NCBI GenBank assembly: GCA_036172245.1
Contig: JAYWIR010000044.1
Span: 62,001 to 126,000, forward strand
DNA: 64,000 nt
Source of the DNA: Raillietiella orientalis
Taxonomy: Eukaryota
Direction: 5' to 3'
A model generated the notes under the pieces. The model worked only from the letters and a program-made list of their open reading frames with translations, was not told where the DNA came from and made no database searches. Below, in pieces: positions 1-11,300 of this stretch (positions within the stretch are counted from its first letter, which is position 1; each line of letters opens with the position of its first letter). A program made the position numbers and the translations under genes.

Positions 1-229
1 CCTTATCTTCAAACAAAACAGTTGGAGCAGTCACTGTGCCCTTTTGTTACCCATGAACAGCCTTTCCTGATGGGCTTTATTCTTCCGTAGGAAGAATTGC
101 TCGGACGAAATGGGTGGCAGTGTTGCAAACGAAACTCCCAAGGTTCCACACTACTCTGTTTACAAATTAGACAATTGTCCGCAATTGCTAAAATTGCAAG
201 CCAAATTGGCAAAGGAAGGTCTGAAGGAC

Positions 230-2700
230 CCTTGGATTAGGTAAGTTTGTCGCGAACATGATTCGCACCCTTTGAGGATAAGTATGAACAAGTGGTATCA
301 GTTTTTCAATTTATGCTAATTGTTAAAGTGTTATCGTCCATGCAACTCTTACCTCGGGAACATGGACCAAAATCCGTTCTGTCTCTGGAATCAACAACCT
401 CTGCTTAACTTTGTGAAGAATTCACTCAGCTTATGAGATGAGTTTACAAAAAACTTCCTCATCTGTAGAATTACAATGGAAAATTCGTGTATTGTTGATA
501 GGCTATTTTGTATTTGCAAAACCATTTTCTGTGTTTATTGCGTTGGTGTCATGGATGATTTTTCCGCTCAGGTTTGTTCCGGAAATCATTTAAAGTGATT
601 CACATTGTGTCTTTACTTGGTGTGCATTTATGTGGTGTGTAATGTGTAGAATGTCATGCTAGAGAGCTTTGTAAGTATATTGTATATTCTAGTAATGCGT
701 TTTCCAGAGCAGTGATGATTCTTTCCTGTATTTTAGAAATGAAGTTTGGAGGTACGACAAAACAGTTTGGGGTAATCGTGGTTTCTGGTCTTCTTTACTA
801 CAAGTGTCCACAGTGGGATGGAAGTGGGGAGTTCTGGCATTTGTTTTGACTGTAGCTGTGAAATCCCAGTTCAAAACTGAGCCCAAGCATCATTAAATGT
901 CATGTAATCAAAGTGCCAAATATTGGGAACTTTAAATGATGAGACATTTAATTGCAACTGAGTTCCGTATCATCCTGTTGGGATTGCTGAGAATGAAACA
1001 AGATAATTTCGTAGATGAGTAAACATAGTTTGCTAGCGGTTGTTTGGCCATTTCCCATTCTGTTCTGCATTCATTGCAGAATGTGATAAATATGAAAATC
1101 TAATTTAACTGTCTAAACTGTGAAGATTTTAAATTTGTAACCATGTGTGTAGGTTTTCTTTGTTTTTTCCCAAGTTGAATAAGAGTTCGTTTTTGGGGAT
1201 GTTGGTGTCTAGTGCATATTTCAAGGTGAATCTCGTCAACAAAGGGCATTTCAGGATGAACTGATCGAGGAAGCTGTCATCCATGTGAGCTGGTTTTCTT
1301 TTTGTTGCACTTTGAAAAATGCCAACAAATGCGATGAGCAGCGTGGTGGCATCAGGGTTTTCTTGGATCCTCTTGTTCTCTGGAAGTCTCAGCATTTGGT
1401 TGGTCCTCATGCTTCAGTGCATTACGAGAGAACACTTGCATGGAGTTTGTGTTTGGACGGAAAGGAGGCAGGACGATGCAGAATGAAGGTGCATAAACAG
1501 CAGTGTAACTGTGCTGTGGAGCTGTTGAGAGTTCACCGTTGGCATTTATGTGCCATGCAATCATGGTTGCAAGTCTGCAGGAAAAGCATAGATCAACTCG
1601 TGAACTGGAATCAAGCTGCAAAGTCTTCTGTCTGTGGAAAGTTCGCACATGGGTGTCATTTGGGTTACAAAACACTTGCTAGGTTATGCCCAAGGAGTTG
1701 CTCATCATTTGATATTGCTAATGGTGTATTCACTGCTGCTTCAGCATCAGGAGCAACCTCTATAACATGTTCTCTTTTGCTGCCTTTGCTTTGCTTAATT
1801 GCTGCCTTTGGATTTGATCACCTACTTGTGAAGGCATTCCCCTGCACATTGGGCATGGAGAGAGTGTCTGTGATGGCTCAAGCAAATTGTGTGAATTGGT
1901 TGGCTCCCATCTCCTCACAGCTTAGGGTGCACAGTGTGCATGCTGGTTGCCCAAACTTTTGTGCTTTAAAAAATGTGGAACTTGTGGTGAGCACACCTGT
2001 GTAGGATGTGGGCTCCCAAAAGGGATGCCAGAGTTGCTTTTGTTGTCTTGTGATCTAGTAAATGCTCTCTGATCAGGAAATGTTCACTCCTTGTGTGCAA
2101 GAAAATGGTTGCACTGGTTGTGCAGCCATTTTCTTGGCAGCTCCTACAGAATTTGGATAAAACTTTGCTTGCAGACTTCCTTCTTTCAAATGCTTTGGAT
2201 CGTTTCGAGAAAGCTCGAGAATGTACGATTTGTGATGGGTTGGAATGAGAAGGTGCATGTTCATGAGTGTAAAATTTCTTTGTGAAATCATCATAGGCAT
2301 TATGTTAGGTGGTTTTGTCCCCTATTGAAGGTATAGTGACTTCATCATTTGTTAGCTTGTGTGAAGTTGTGGGAAGTATTGTTTGTTGGTTTTTTGTGTA
2401 TTTGTTGGATAGTTTAGAGGTTTGTTCCCCTTCCTCCTGTTGGAAATTTGTAGAATTTGTAAAGAATTAGGCAAACTCCCTGATGACGTTCTGTGAATAC
2501 TGACAGGGAGGATGCTTTCACATGTAAGACGTTGATTGAGGTGTTACACCTTTTGCATTGCTCTTCAGCCACCATCCATCAGTTTTGGTGACCTGATTCA
2601 TATGGCAGCCACTGCCTAGTGAAACTTGGCAGCTGTCAATGTGTGAGTGAGGATGGCAGGAAACGTTTACTCTGATTTGCAAGGCTTATGGGGGAAATTG
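230..2700 (+). mobile_element. Highly decayed Penelope-like retroelement (RT + GIY-YIG), tentative
   Basis: Degenerate motifs in the expected order: LVSWMIFPLRFVP (~545; cf. LVSFDVxSLFTNVP), YYK..GMEVGS (~795; cf. YxQxxGxxMGS), YW...DETF (~920; cf. WxRYVDDxF), HTCVGCG (~1995), SHFLGSSYRIW (~2125). Many stops; boundaries approximate. Confidence 0.4.
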
Positions 2701-3399
2701 ATGAAATGTTTTTGGCAATTTTTTAGCTTCGTGATTAACTTGGTGTTTTTGTAAATTTGATACATTGGTACTTTTAGTTTTGAAGTATGTAGTATGTTGA
2801 ACAAGTGTGGTTGCTTTAGCTTCCCATATTCACTTTGCAATTGATTTGTTGGTTTCATATGAAGGATCCTCTTTGGTATGCTGTTTATGCATCATTTGGC
2901 TTTGGTTATAGTTTCAAGTTCTAATTTTTTGAGTTAGTTGTGGAATGGGGAATTCCGACTGTTCATTACTGATGATTCAGATTGAAATTTCCTTAAAGTA
3001 GCACCCATTCTCCACTCATGTAGTTATTCATGTTCAACTTCTATCATTACGTAATCTAGATGCATTGGGTTTTGTTTTGTTTAGTAGCAGCACTTTCAAT
3101 CATTCAAGTATGTTGGGAGGTCTTACTGTATATTAGTATCCTACTTGGTTGGAGTTCGTTATTGAAATTGAGGATGAGATCCCCAAGTCGAGAGTTTGGG
3201 CCGAAGAATGGCATTTCAGATAAGAGAACTTTGTAAAATTTGAATGCCTGATGCAGCACAAAGTTGACTTCTATTCAAGTGCGCTGATAATATTATTCTT
3301 GAGTCGAGATTGCTACCAAGGGTACACTGACCAACTGTCAGTATTCAGAGGACGTATCTACCATTGTCGGACCTACCAATTGTATTGCACCCGGGTGTA

Positions 3400-4750
3400 C
3401 TTTATTGCTACCACTGGTCGCAATGGGAACAGTTGAGAACCGTGAAATTCGACACGAGGTCCTGCGTTTTTTTTGGGAGGGGTCCCTTTTTCTTTGAAAG
3501 CCGAGCGAAACCTTAAGATGCTTGTCCACGTCGAGTTGGGCAACGCCTTATAACTTCGGCAATGCACAGCTCACTTATGGGAAATGTGGAGTGAAATCGA
3601 TGTCTCGGCATCGTTGCAAACAGCTCTTTCACCGGAGTCATCCACAAGTTCCAGAGACGGCTGTGCATAGGGAAAGCGATGTTTGGAATTGGGTTGATTC
3701 CTTCCTGGAAGTGCGGCAAGGCCTTTTGGTTGGCCTTCATATTTCCTGCTCGGACCAAATCTCGCCGCATGTGAATACGTGGGCAGTATGAATTCGGAGG
3801 AGGAAACGAGGATTTCCGGGAGCACCTGTCGCACTTTCAATCAAAGATACAAAATGTGCAGAATCCGTTGTTTCGAGGAAGCGTGGTCCAGCGGAACCTG
3901 GAAAAATGTTTCCCTCCGAAGCGTCTGAGAGTGGGCTTGGAAGGCGTGTGCCTTCCCACATCAGCATTGCCCGTCATTTGGGGCTTTCGGCCTGTGTTCG
4001 GGCAACACATATCGAAAGTTTTCCTGTGCTGAGCGAACACGCGGACTCGCAACACCGTTCGTCAGCGGTGTGTCCGCTACCTGGTTCTTTCGGTAAGGTG
4101 CTCTTCGGCAGCCCTTCCAGCTGCCACCGCACTGCTGGCTGACCACGTGAAAATTTAGGTGTTTTGCATGTTTTTCCTACTGTCTTGGGATTTCTTCACG
4201 GTTGTCAATAGGCGAAACCAACTTCTTAGGTTGCTTGGTTACATTTCTTCCTTCGTCCCTGTTAGGACACAAGAGTCATCGTCATGTTGCGTGCGTTACC
4301 TACAGGAATGGCTGCGCGATCCTCATGGCAGTTGTCGTGATTACATGCAGTTTATCCTATTTACTACGTCGACATTATCGAGACAGCTCCCTACCATTCT
4401 TTGTTTGAAATTGTTGAATGTGTTTCCATTGCATTGAAATCGATATCCGAGTTGATCCCAGTGGATGGGGGCGTGGAGGAATTCCTGGAACCATTGGGTG
4501 GCAAAAATTAGATTTTGTGCACAAAATGCTCTCGTGATGATGGAATTTCCGAAATGGATTCGCGAATTTCGATTCTTCGTTTTATTGTGAATGTAAGCCG
4601 TGGCGCTCAAAGATTAGTGCAACATTATGAGATTGGACTTTGTTTTTATGGCCTGCTGATCTCCCTGATACGGAGTTCGGCTCACGGTGATCCAGTTTCG
4701 CAAAGGCAAGCTTTTTTGGTCTGAAGACTGAAAGAACGAGTGCGCCGCTG
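3400..4750 (+). mobile_element. Decayed non-LTR retrotransposon RT remnant (CR1/Jockey-like), tentative
   Basis: VWNWVDSFLEVRQ (cf. LxWIxSFLxxRxQ), NLGV...LSW (cf. KDLGVxxDxxLSW), LRLLGYI (cf. xRxLGFI), colinear but frameshifted. Confidence 0.5.
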
Positions 4751-6198
4751 TTCAGTCAAGTTCTGAATGTCGTTGGTCCTCCGGTAACCCTGTGAGTGCG
4801 CCATGCCCGGATTCTGCTGCTACCGCGACCAGTGGTACCATTGCAGAGAATTGCACAGAGGTTCGTGAAATTCTTCGAGCAATGTGACGCCTCTAACCAA
4901 TGCGCAAGAACGCGGAAGTTCTGAATATACTCAAAGTAACGGGACTACATGGAAAATGCTTTCTAAAGAAGTCGTGGAGCGAGAAGTAGCCTGAGTTCAG
5001 AAAAGTTCACCTCTTAAAGATATCGGGTTCGCAGGCGTGTTGGGAAGTTTTTCATGAGAAGCACTAGGCAGTTTAAAACTTGGAAGGCTTAACGGCGATA
5101 CCTGCGTTCAGGAATAGGTGGCCGATATTTAGTGTTCTTGGGAAAATCAGTCATCGATTGCATAACATCTCTGGAATCCACGCTGCATATTAGCAGCTGC
5201 TGAACCAACAGCTCAGCGTCGCAGCTCTGGGAGCTCTCACACTTGGATAAGCAGCTGTCGCTGGGGTACACCAAGAAAGTGATCTTAAGCAATCAACAAC
5301 ACAGAAATGCAAAGCTGCGATAGGAAATCACAGAATGACCGGCAGCCTGCATCTCTTACTTCGGAAGCAAAGCAAAAAAAAACAAAGCTGAAGCTTGAAC
5401 TCTCTTTTGATCGTGCTAACGAAAGCAGTGAAGCTTTCCTGAATTTGGGCTTCCCTCAACGTGAACTTTGCTTCATGGTTCGAAATGTTCCAAATCTTGC
5501 GCATCTCGGGGTGAGATCAGTGGAGCCGACGCTTGGAAATTCAGTATTTTGGCTAAGCTTAGATTAAATGCATCTTCGTTTTAACACGAGTGCTTGGGGT
5601 AGTTTGCTAAGTAACGCTTTCCCAAAGATTCAGATTCTCAAGGCACTCCTGCATCCCTTCCCCAAAAGCAGCAGTGTTGTTCATTTTTCTCAATCTAATG
5701 TAAGGCAACTAATAAATGATATGTAAGCTGGGGACAACTAATAAAGAAATAGCACATACCACCAATACAGGGGTTGCGCCAACCTCCATGTAATCTTGAA
5801 AATCAGCGTTTCTGATTTCTCCGCGGCTCATTCATAAATTTTGAAAGAACAGATACAGTTCCTAAAGGGGGATTTTAAGAAATTCCGTGTTAGGAAAAGA
5901 CAATCTAAAAAATCTATTCTTGAAGGACAGATACCGGGGAATTGGGGATTAGAAGGAACTTATAATTGATGGCCGATCAGCATCAGACTGTTGGGAGAGT
6001 AGATGAAGCTGCAGCACTTGAATCAGGTTATGTGATGGTGCTCTTCGGAAGAGTTGCAGTGGGGCTCCCTTACAATCGAGAAATTATTGGACCGAATGTT
6101 CTTGAAAGTCGCTTCTTTGAAGCACAAGAACGTGCCACTGAAGTTTTGCCACAACTCGCTGGCTGTGAACCGTCACAATATTTAAAGTTGAGTTTACA

Positions 6199-7046
6199 GC
6201 CCGCGTCGGAGGCTGTGTGGTTACGGTGGTCTCCGTGTGTGGCACCATGAGTCGCGGGTTCGAATACTCCAGCGGAAAATGACGCCACTGCGTCGTTGGG
6301 TTCCGAGTTTCTCCTGCAATGGCGCTGATTGGCCGAGACATTCGGGCGTGGCACCAGTAGCGGTTAAAACCAGAGATCCCCGATGAAGGCCGAAACAATG
6401 GGAGTCGGCCTTTGGGTCCTTCCAGGAAACAAGGAGTGGGGAGTTCCCCCTCCAGTCCTGCAGAGCGGACTCCTCTCACCGGGGGGAACCCTCCGGTTTT
6501 TCAAGATGGAGCAGGTGCCTTCACGGGCACTTCTCCAGTTGTTCAAAGAAGCAGACTCCTCCCTCTGTTGCGGAAGGGACCCTCCGAGTCGTCACCTCTT
6601 CACAGAGTGCAAGGAAGCCAGCGAGAGCGATTCCCTGCGGGAAGCTGCAGCGCCCCTTCTGAGTTTCGGAAGCGTCCCTTCGGGGTTCTCTTCAGAGGAG
6701 TGAACAGGAGCGGTTCCCTTGCGGGGTTCCCTCCGGAGAAGAAATTCCTACTAGCGGTTCCATTCCGGATTCCCTTCGGAGAAGATGAAATGGAGAGGAC
6801 CACCTCCCTCCCAGGGAGTGTCCCTCCGGAGAGAATGAGGAAGGGGATTCTCGTCGGGGTTTCCCTCCGGAGACAACCAGAGTGGAGGTGCGATCTCCCC
6901 CTCCCGGGGGATCCCTCCTTAGGCGTGAGAAGAACCGGACTCCGAGTCCTTCCTGGATTCATAGGGAGGACCCCCTCTCGGAGTGCTCCCTATCTTGAAG
7001 AATTATACGCACCCTCCGCGGGTGGCTTGGAACAGTGTTAAAGAGC
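6199..7046 (+). mobile_element. Long tRNA-derived SINE-like element, copy 1 (apparently full length)
   Basis: Head GCCCGCGTCGGAGGCTGTGTGGTT (A-box-like) and GGTTCGAATAC at 6257-6267 (B-box); body and 3' end are homologous to three other loci in the window. Confidence 0.75.
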
Positions 7047-7206
7047 CACGTGCACCGCGAGGTACACGACGGCTCTTGAGGTAAACAGAGAAGACAGAAG
7101 AAAAAAGGAACCTCCAATGGATTCGATCATCCTAGGCTAATAGTAACGATCTCCTCGTGGGGTCGCTACTGGCCTTTTAAAAAAAATATATATTAAAAGT
7201 TGACAT

Positions 7207-7414
7207 ATTTTGCAATACTAATAGTTGCGGTTGTTCTCGATATCGGAATCATCTAATTTGAAGAGCTACAAAAAGGGGTTTGCAATCAGGGATGGCTGCT
7301 ACTTCGAGGGTTGACAACTTTAAATATTGTTTTGAATGCAGACTCCTTTTTGTAGCTCTTTAAATTAGATGATTCCGATATCGAGAACACCATCAACTAT
7401 TAACATTTCAAAAT
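7207..7414. repeat. Long inverted repeat (~80-bp arms, ~45-bp spacer), probably a MITE/DNA-transposon remnant
   Basis: TGTTCTCGATATCGGAATCATCTAATTTGAAGAGCTACAAAAAGG versus CCTTTTTGTAGCTCTTTAAATTAGATGATTCCGATATCGAGAACA: near-perfect reverse complement. Confidence 0.85.
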
Positions 7415-10199
7415 TTCTCTTTCATCAATTAAACGAAAGCACCATACGTCAGCCTTCTCTCAACGACTTGCGTCTCACCTCAGCTTGATTCCAAGATGAA
7501 GAAGCTTCAGAAGTGCAGAGATTTGAAACAGAAGTTTGGGGGAGGGGCATCACAGATCTTCCTTCGCACAGCCCCTTGCATCTGCCACAGTATCAATCTC
7601 AAGAAACAGCTCTTTCTCAGGATGATTCTCTGCACGTCATCCTTTTTCTACTTTGTATTTTTTACCAAAATTAATGTTCCATGGAAAATCCTTTTTGGTG
7701 CCGACATCTGAGGAAACAGCATCTTCCTAAGGATAAGTTTACTTCTGAGAACTCGGCTGTGCCGTCCCTTTTTGAAATACTCTCTTCTTCAGGAAGCTGA
7801 TGCCACAACATGTAGATGTAACCGTTGCAACAGCAAAAGCAAGTAATATGAAATATTAATAAGCCGTCCGTTGTTTTGTCGATTGTGAACTGTAGCGCCT
7901 AGCAAAGATCGGTTTTGAAATTCTTAGGAAAAAATTATAAAGCGGCGAAGGTTAAGAGGAGGCTAAAGAGGGGATATCTCTTGTTTTACGAAATCTCGAT
8001 GCCACTCTCATACCCTATGACGACCGATGAATTTATTATTTCAAATTTGATCGTCTGCACTGTACTCTGCACTCATCTCTTCAGGAATCCCGGCAGCGGG
8101 AATGACTCGAAGGTACTTTCCCTCTCTAGTTTCTTCCAGCTTCTCTCATATGCCGCAAGATCGAACCGGGGTGACTCGTTGAATGCTACAATTCGGAAGA
8201 GTGGATGGTTCCTCAACAAAACCTCTTTCTTCAGAAGGGATATGAATTCCAAGGCTGGAAGTCGAAGGCATTCCATAACGGAATCGTAGTCTGATTACAG
8301 TCACCTGGCGGCAACCGTGCGGGTGTTCACCGTTGTCATTTGATTTCTGTTTCGTGTGCTCGAAGACTCATTCCATTCTTCTGTTAGCTATTCGTCTCAG
8401 GAAAGAAAGTCACAGGTTTTCGGACGTATCGTACGCATTTTCTGGGCCTTCGTGGAGCGACTCCTACGAGCTGAAACGCCTGTGTATTCGTGCACATTAG
8501 GAAGGGTCGATTCCTTAGATTGGATGCCTTTTGACGTTAACTTAAACGCCAAAAGACAGTGCACCCCACAAAGGTCTTCTGTTTTGGTTCAGGGATCCGT
8601 GTTTTCCAAAAATGAGTTCAAATGAAGTGAAACGAAATTCAGGATTAGGGATTTGCGTTCTATGAATGTATTGGTAATGTCGTGCAAGCATCTGCACACG
8701 AGAACGTTTTTTACACTCCGTTTTTTACACTCTGCACTCAGAACTCCATGTATGTTGCTAATTCGGACTGGTGAATGTGATCATGATCTGCATTGGGTAA
8801 CACAAGTGGAATTTTCCGCTCAGTTACAAGACCGACATAACTTGGAGGAAAACACACGTTGAATTTATACTCTGATGCCTTTCATTCACTTCCTGTAGAC
8901 TGATCAGTGCAGCAATAGTAACAAAGGTGGACCTGTGTACATTAGTCAATAAGGGAAATATCTCATTAAGATAAAAGTTTATTGTGTGTATGTGTCAAGT
9001 TAAAGATACTGCCCAGTGGTGTCGTCACGTGCAAGAAGGCGATATCTTCTGCCTTCCCATAATCAGTCGTTTGGCCGTCCAGAAAGCATCTCATAAGCAC
9101 AGCGATCAGTTCAGAAACGGTGTACGGATGTTGAGGGCTCCCAGGAATTCCATGGTGCCTGTCGGATGCTCACTGATTCGACGTGAACGTCTTCCATAGG
9201 GGCTTTTGAAAAATCTTCACAGTGAACTCACTATGATTTAGAATATTTTTGCATTATATTCGTTGTATAATACTTAGATCTAAATCAAATTACTTCACCT
9301 CTTTCTATTAATTTTTATGGAGCCCTTTTGTCTTTTAGATTTCTCTTCGAGGACCTTACAGTATCACAGATTATGATATGTCCGTGGTCTTAACATTTAT
9401 AGTATGTCTTCAGTTCTCTTTGAAAGATATTGTCATAGGTATTCTGTAATAAGGCAAACCTATTATGAATATGTTTGATTAAATAAGAATTAATACGTCA
9501 CCGTGATGTAATATATACATAAATGAGCATTTTTTAACAAATTGAATTAAACATTGCCAACATGATTTTCATTACTTCCTCTTATTTTTTTATACTCCCC
9601 AGCGGCATCCTAAATTTTCCTATTATCTCCACTCACATACATGCACTGTGCAAATCATTAGAAAATTAAGCAGTTGAGAAAGACGACATGTTGTGGCATT
9701 CCACCCATTCGCTTTGCATCCCAATCGTCTTATGTGCATGTCGAAGCGTTTCTCGGGCTGACTATTATGATTAATGGGAAAGACTATTAGTTGATTGCCC
9801 CTAGGTGTCCGTAAGCTAAGTTCAGAAGGAATGAGTAGGTACTTTTATTTTAATACCATGTTTCGTTGCCTATGGAATTTGGCTTTCATATTCCAGTAGT
9901 TTGTGTTTTACGCTTCTAATTGATGGTGACTTGAGGTAGTGATGATGATAAAGCAGTTTCAAAACTCCGAACGAACGTAATCGTGGTTTTGGAACCAAAA
10001 ACCAAATTACTTCAGATATCTTCTAACCATAGTTTAGTTATTCCATGGTGACCAACTAGCAGAATTATTGGGAACTTTGGTGTGCATGTTTCTGGACGAA
10101 GGAGGTCCAGTAAATGAAATAATGTGGCCTCTTGTCTTGCTGTAGGAAGTGCTGGAATTTACTTAAAGCAAAATGTTGCACAAACCATTATTAGTCACC

Positions 10200-11300
10200 A
10201 TTATTAGTAGATTAAAGAATCCTGTTTAGATTGTTACATAATACTGAAAGCAGTTCAGGGCTTCTTGATCTTTGAGACTCTGCTTTCATGAGGGATTATT
10301 ATTATTCAAAGCAGTTTGCTGCTCAGCTTTATTTGGTATCCAGTCACTATTTTGTAATGATGATGAGTGTCTTGTATCTGTGAGGATGAACTATGTGCAT
10401 CTCATACCTAAGGTTTGTTCTTTGCTAAGCAAGATGCACAAGATGCTTCACACACTAGCAGCTCTGCAACGGATTCAAAATAGCAGTTATGCAAATCCTG
10501 CATCACAGAGAGATGAATCCCTTAATATCATGTGCAATTGGAATGAGTTATCCATCATACTTAGTAATGCTGATTGTTATTGTTGGATACTCCAGCTAAT
10601 TGCAGTAACTTTATTTTCTGAATCTGCAGACAATCTTAATATTTGCATGGTTTTAAACTATATTCAGTAAATGTGGTCACTTGTTACGTCTGTTTGCCAT
10701 TCCACCCACTTAAGGGCTGGTGTCAACTGGTCACATACCATGAAATACCATAAAATAAGGGCGTGATGGAGTTCTCCCAAGAATGAGATGGGGGAAAAAA
10801 CAAAAAAATAAACAAATTTTGTTCACGTACTCACATACGTCATTTTAGTAAATTGGATGCATTCTTATTAAAAGTGCTCAACACTTGACATCTGAGAGAA
10901 AAGTCATCTAATTATGTTGTGTGAGTTGCTCAATAAAGTCTCTGTATGGTTACTTGCAACAAGATGAATACAAATATGCTGTTTTCAAAAAGTGCCAATG
11001 CAAGTTGAAATTAAGATTTACTAGTATGGATCATTTGGATGCTTATATTTTCAGGTTGAAGTAGAGCTGGTTTAAATGATTGTTTGCAGGACTAATAGGT
11101 GTAACTGCAGCAATCCTGTCTTTGAAGGATAAGGACCCCAGCAGAGCTGCACTTGGGTTTTTCAGTCATGCCAGCAGTGCCTGCACTTCACATTCCAATC
11201 AATCCCTTTGTATGTTGAACTTTTCATTCATGATGTAAGACTTATTTGTTTGGCTCAGCAGCATGGAAGCCTTTAATCATTCCAAATATGCACTTGATTT
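10200..11300 (-). mobile_element. Decayed LINE RT remnant, tentative
   Basis: Minus strand DCCSY-PIS (~11120; cf. DCxNYRPISL) and LSADSENK (~10630; cf. LxAxSExxLQ); strongly CpG-depleted. Confidence 0.3.

Noticed and set aside
1285..2004. 239-aa ORF as a gene
   Set aside because: Cys/Trp/His-rich translation typical of CpG-decayed sequence; lies in a probable retroelement fossil.
6199..6272. Functional tRNA gene at the SINE head; also tRNA-like fragments near 13535-13590 and 21880-21915
   Set aside because: No complete cloverleaf or acceptor stem could be built.
6686..6923. CRISPR-like reading of the periodic repeats
   Set aside because: Eukaryotic context, cores only ~12 bp and degenerate, spacers related to each other, no cas genes.
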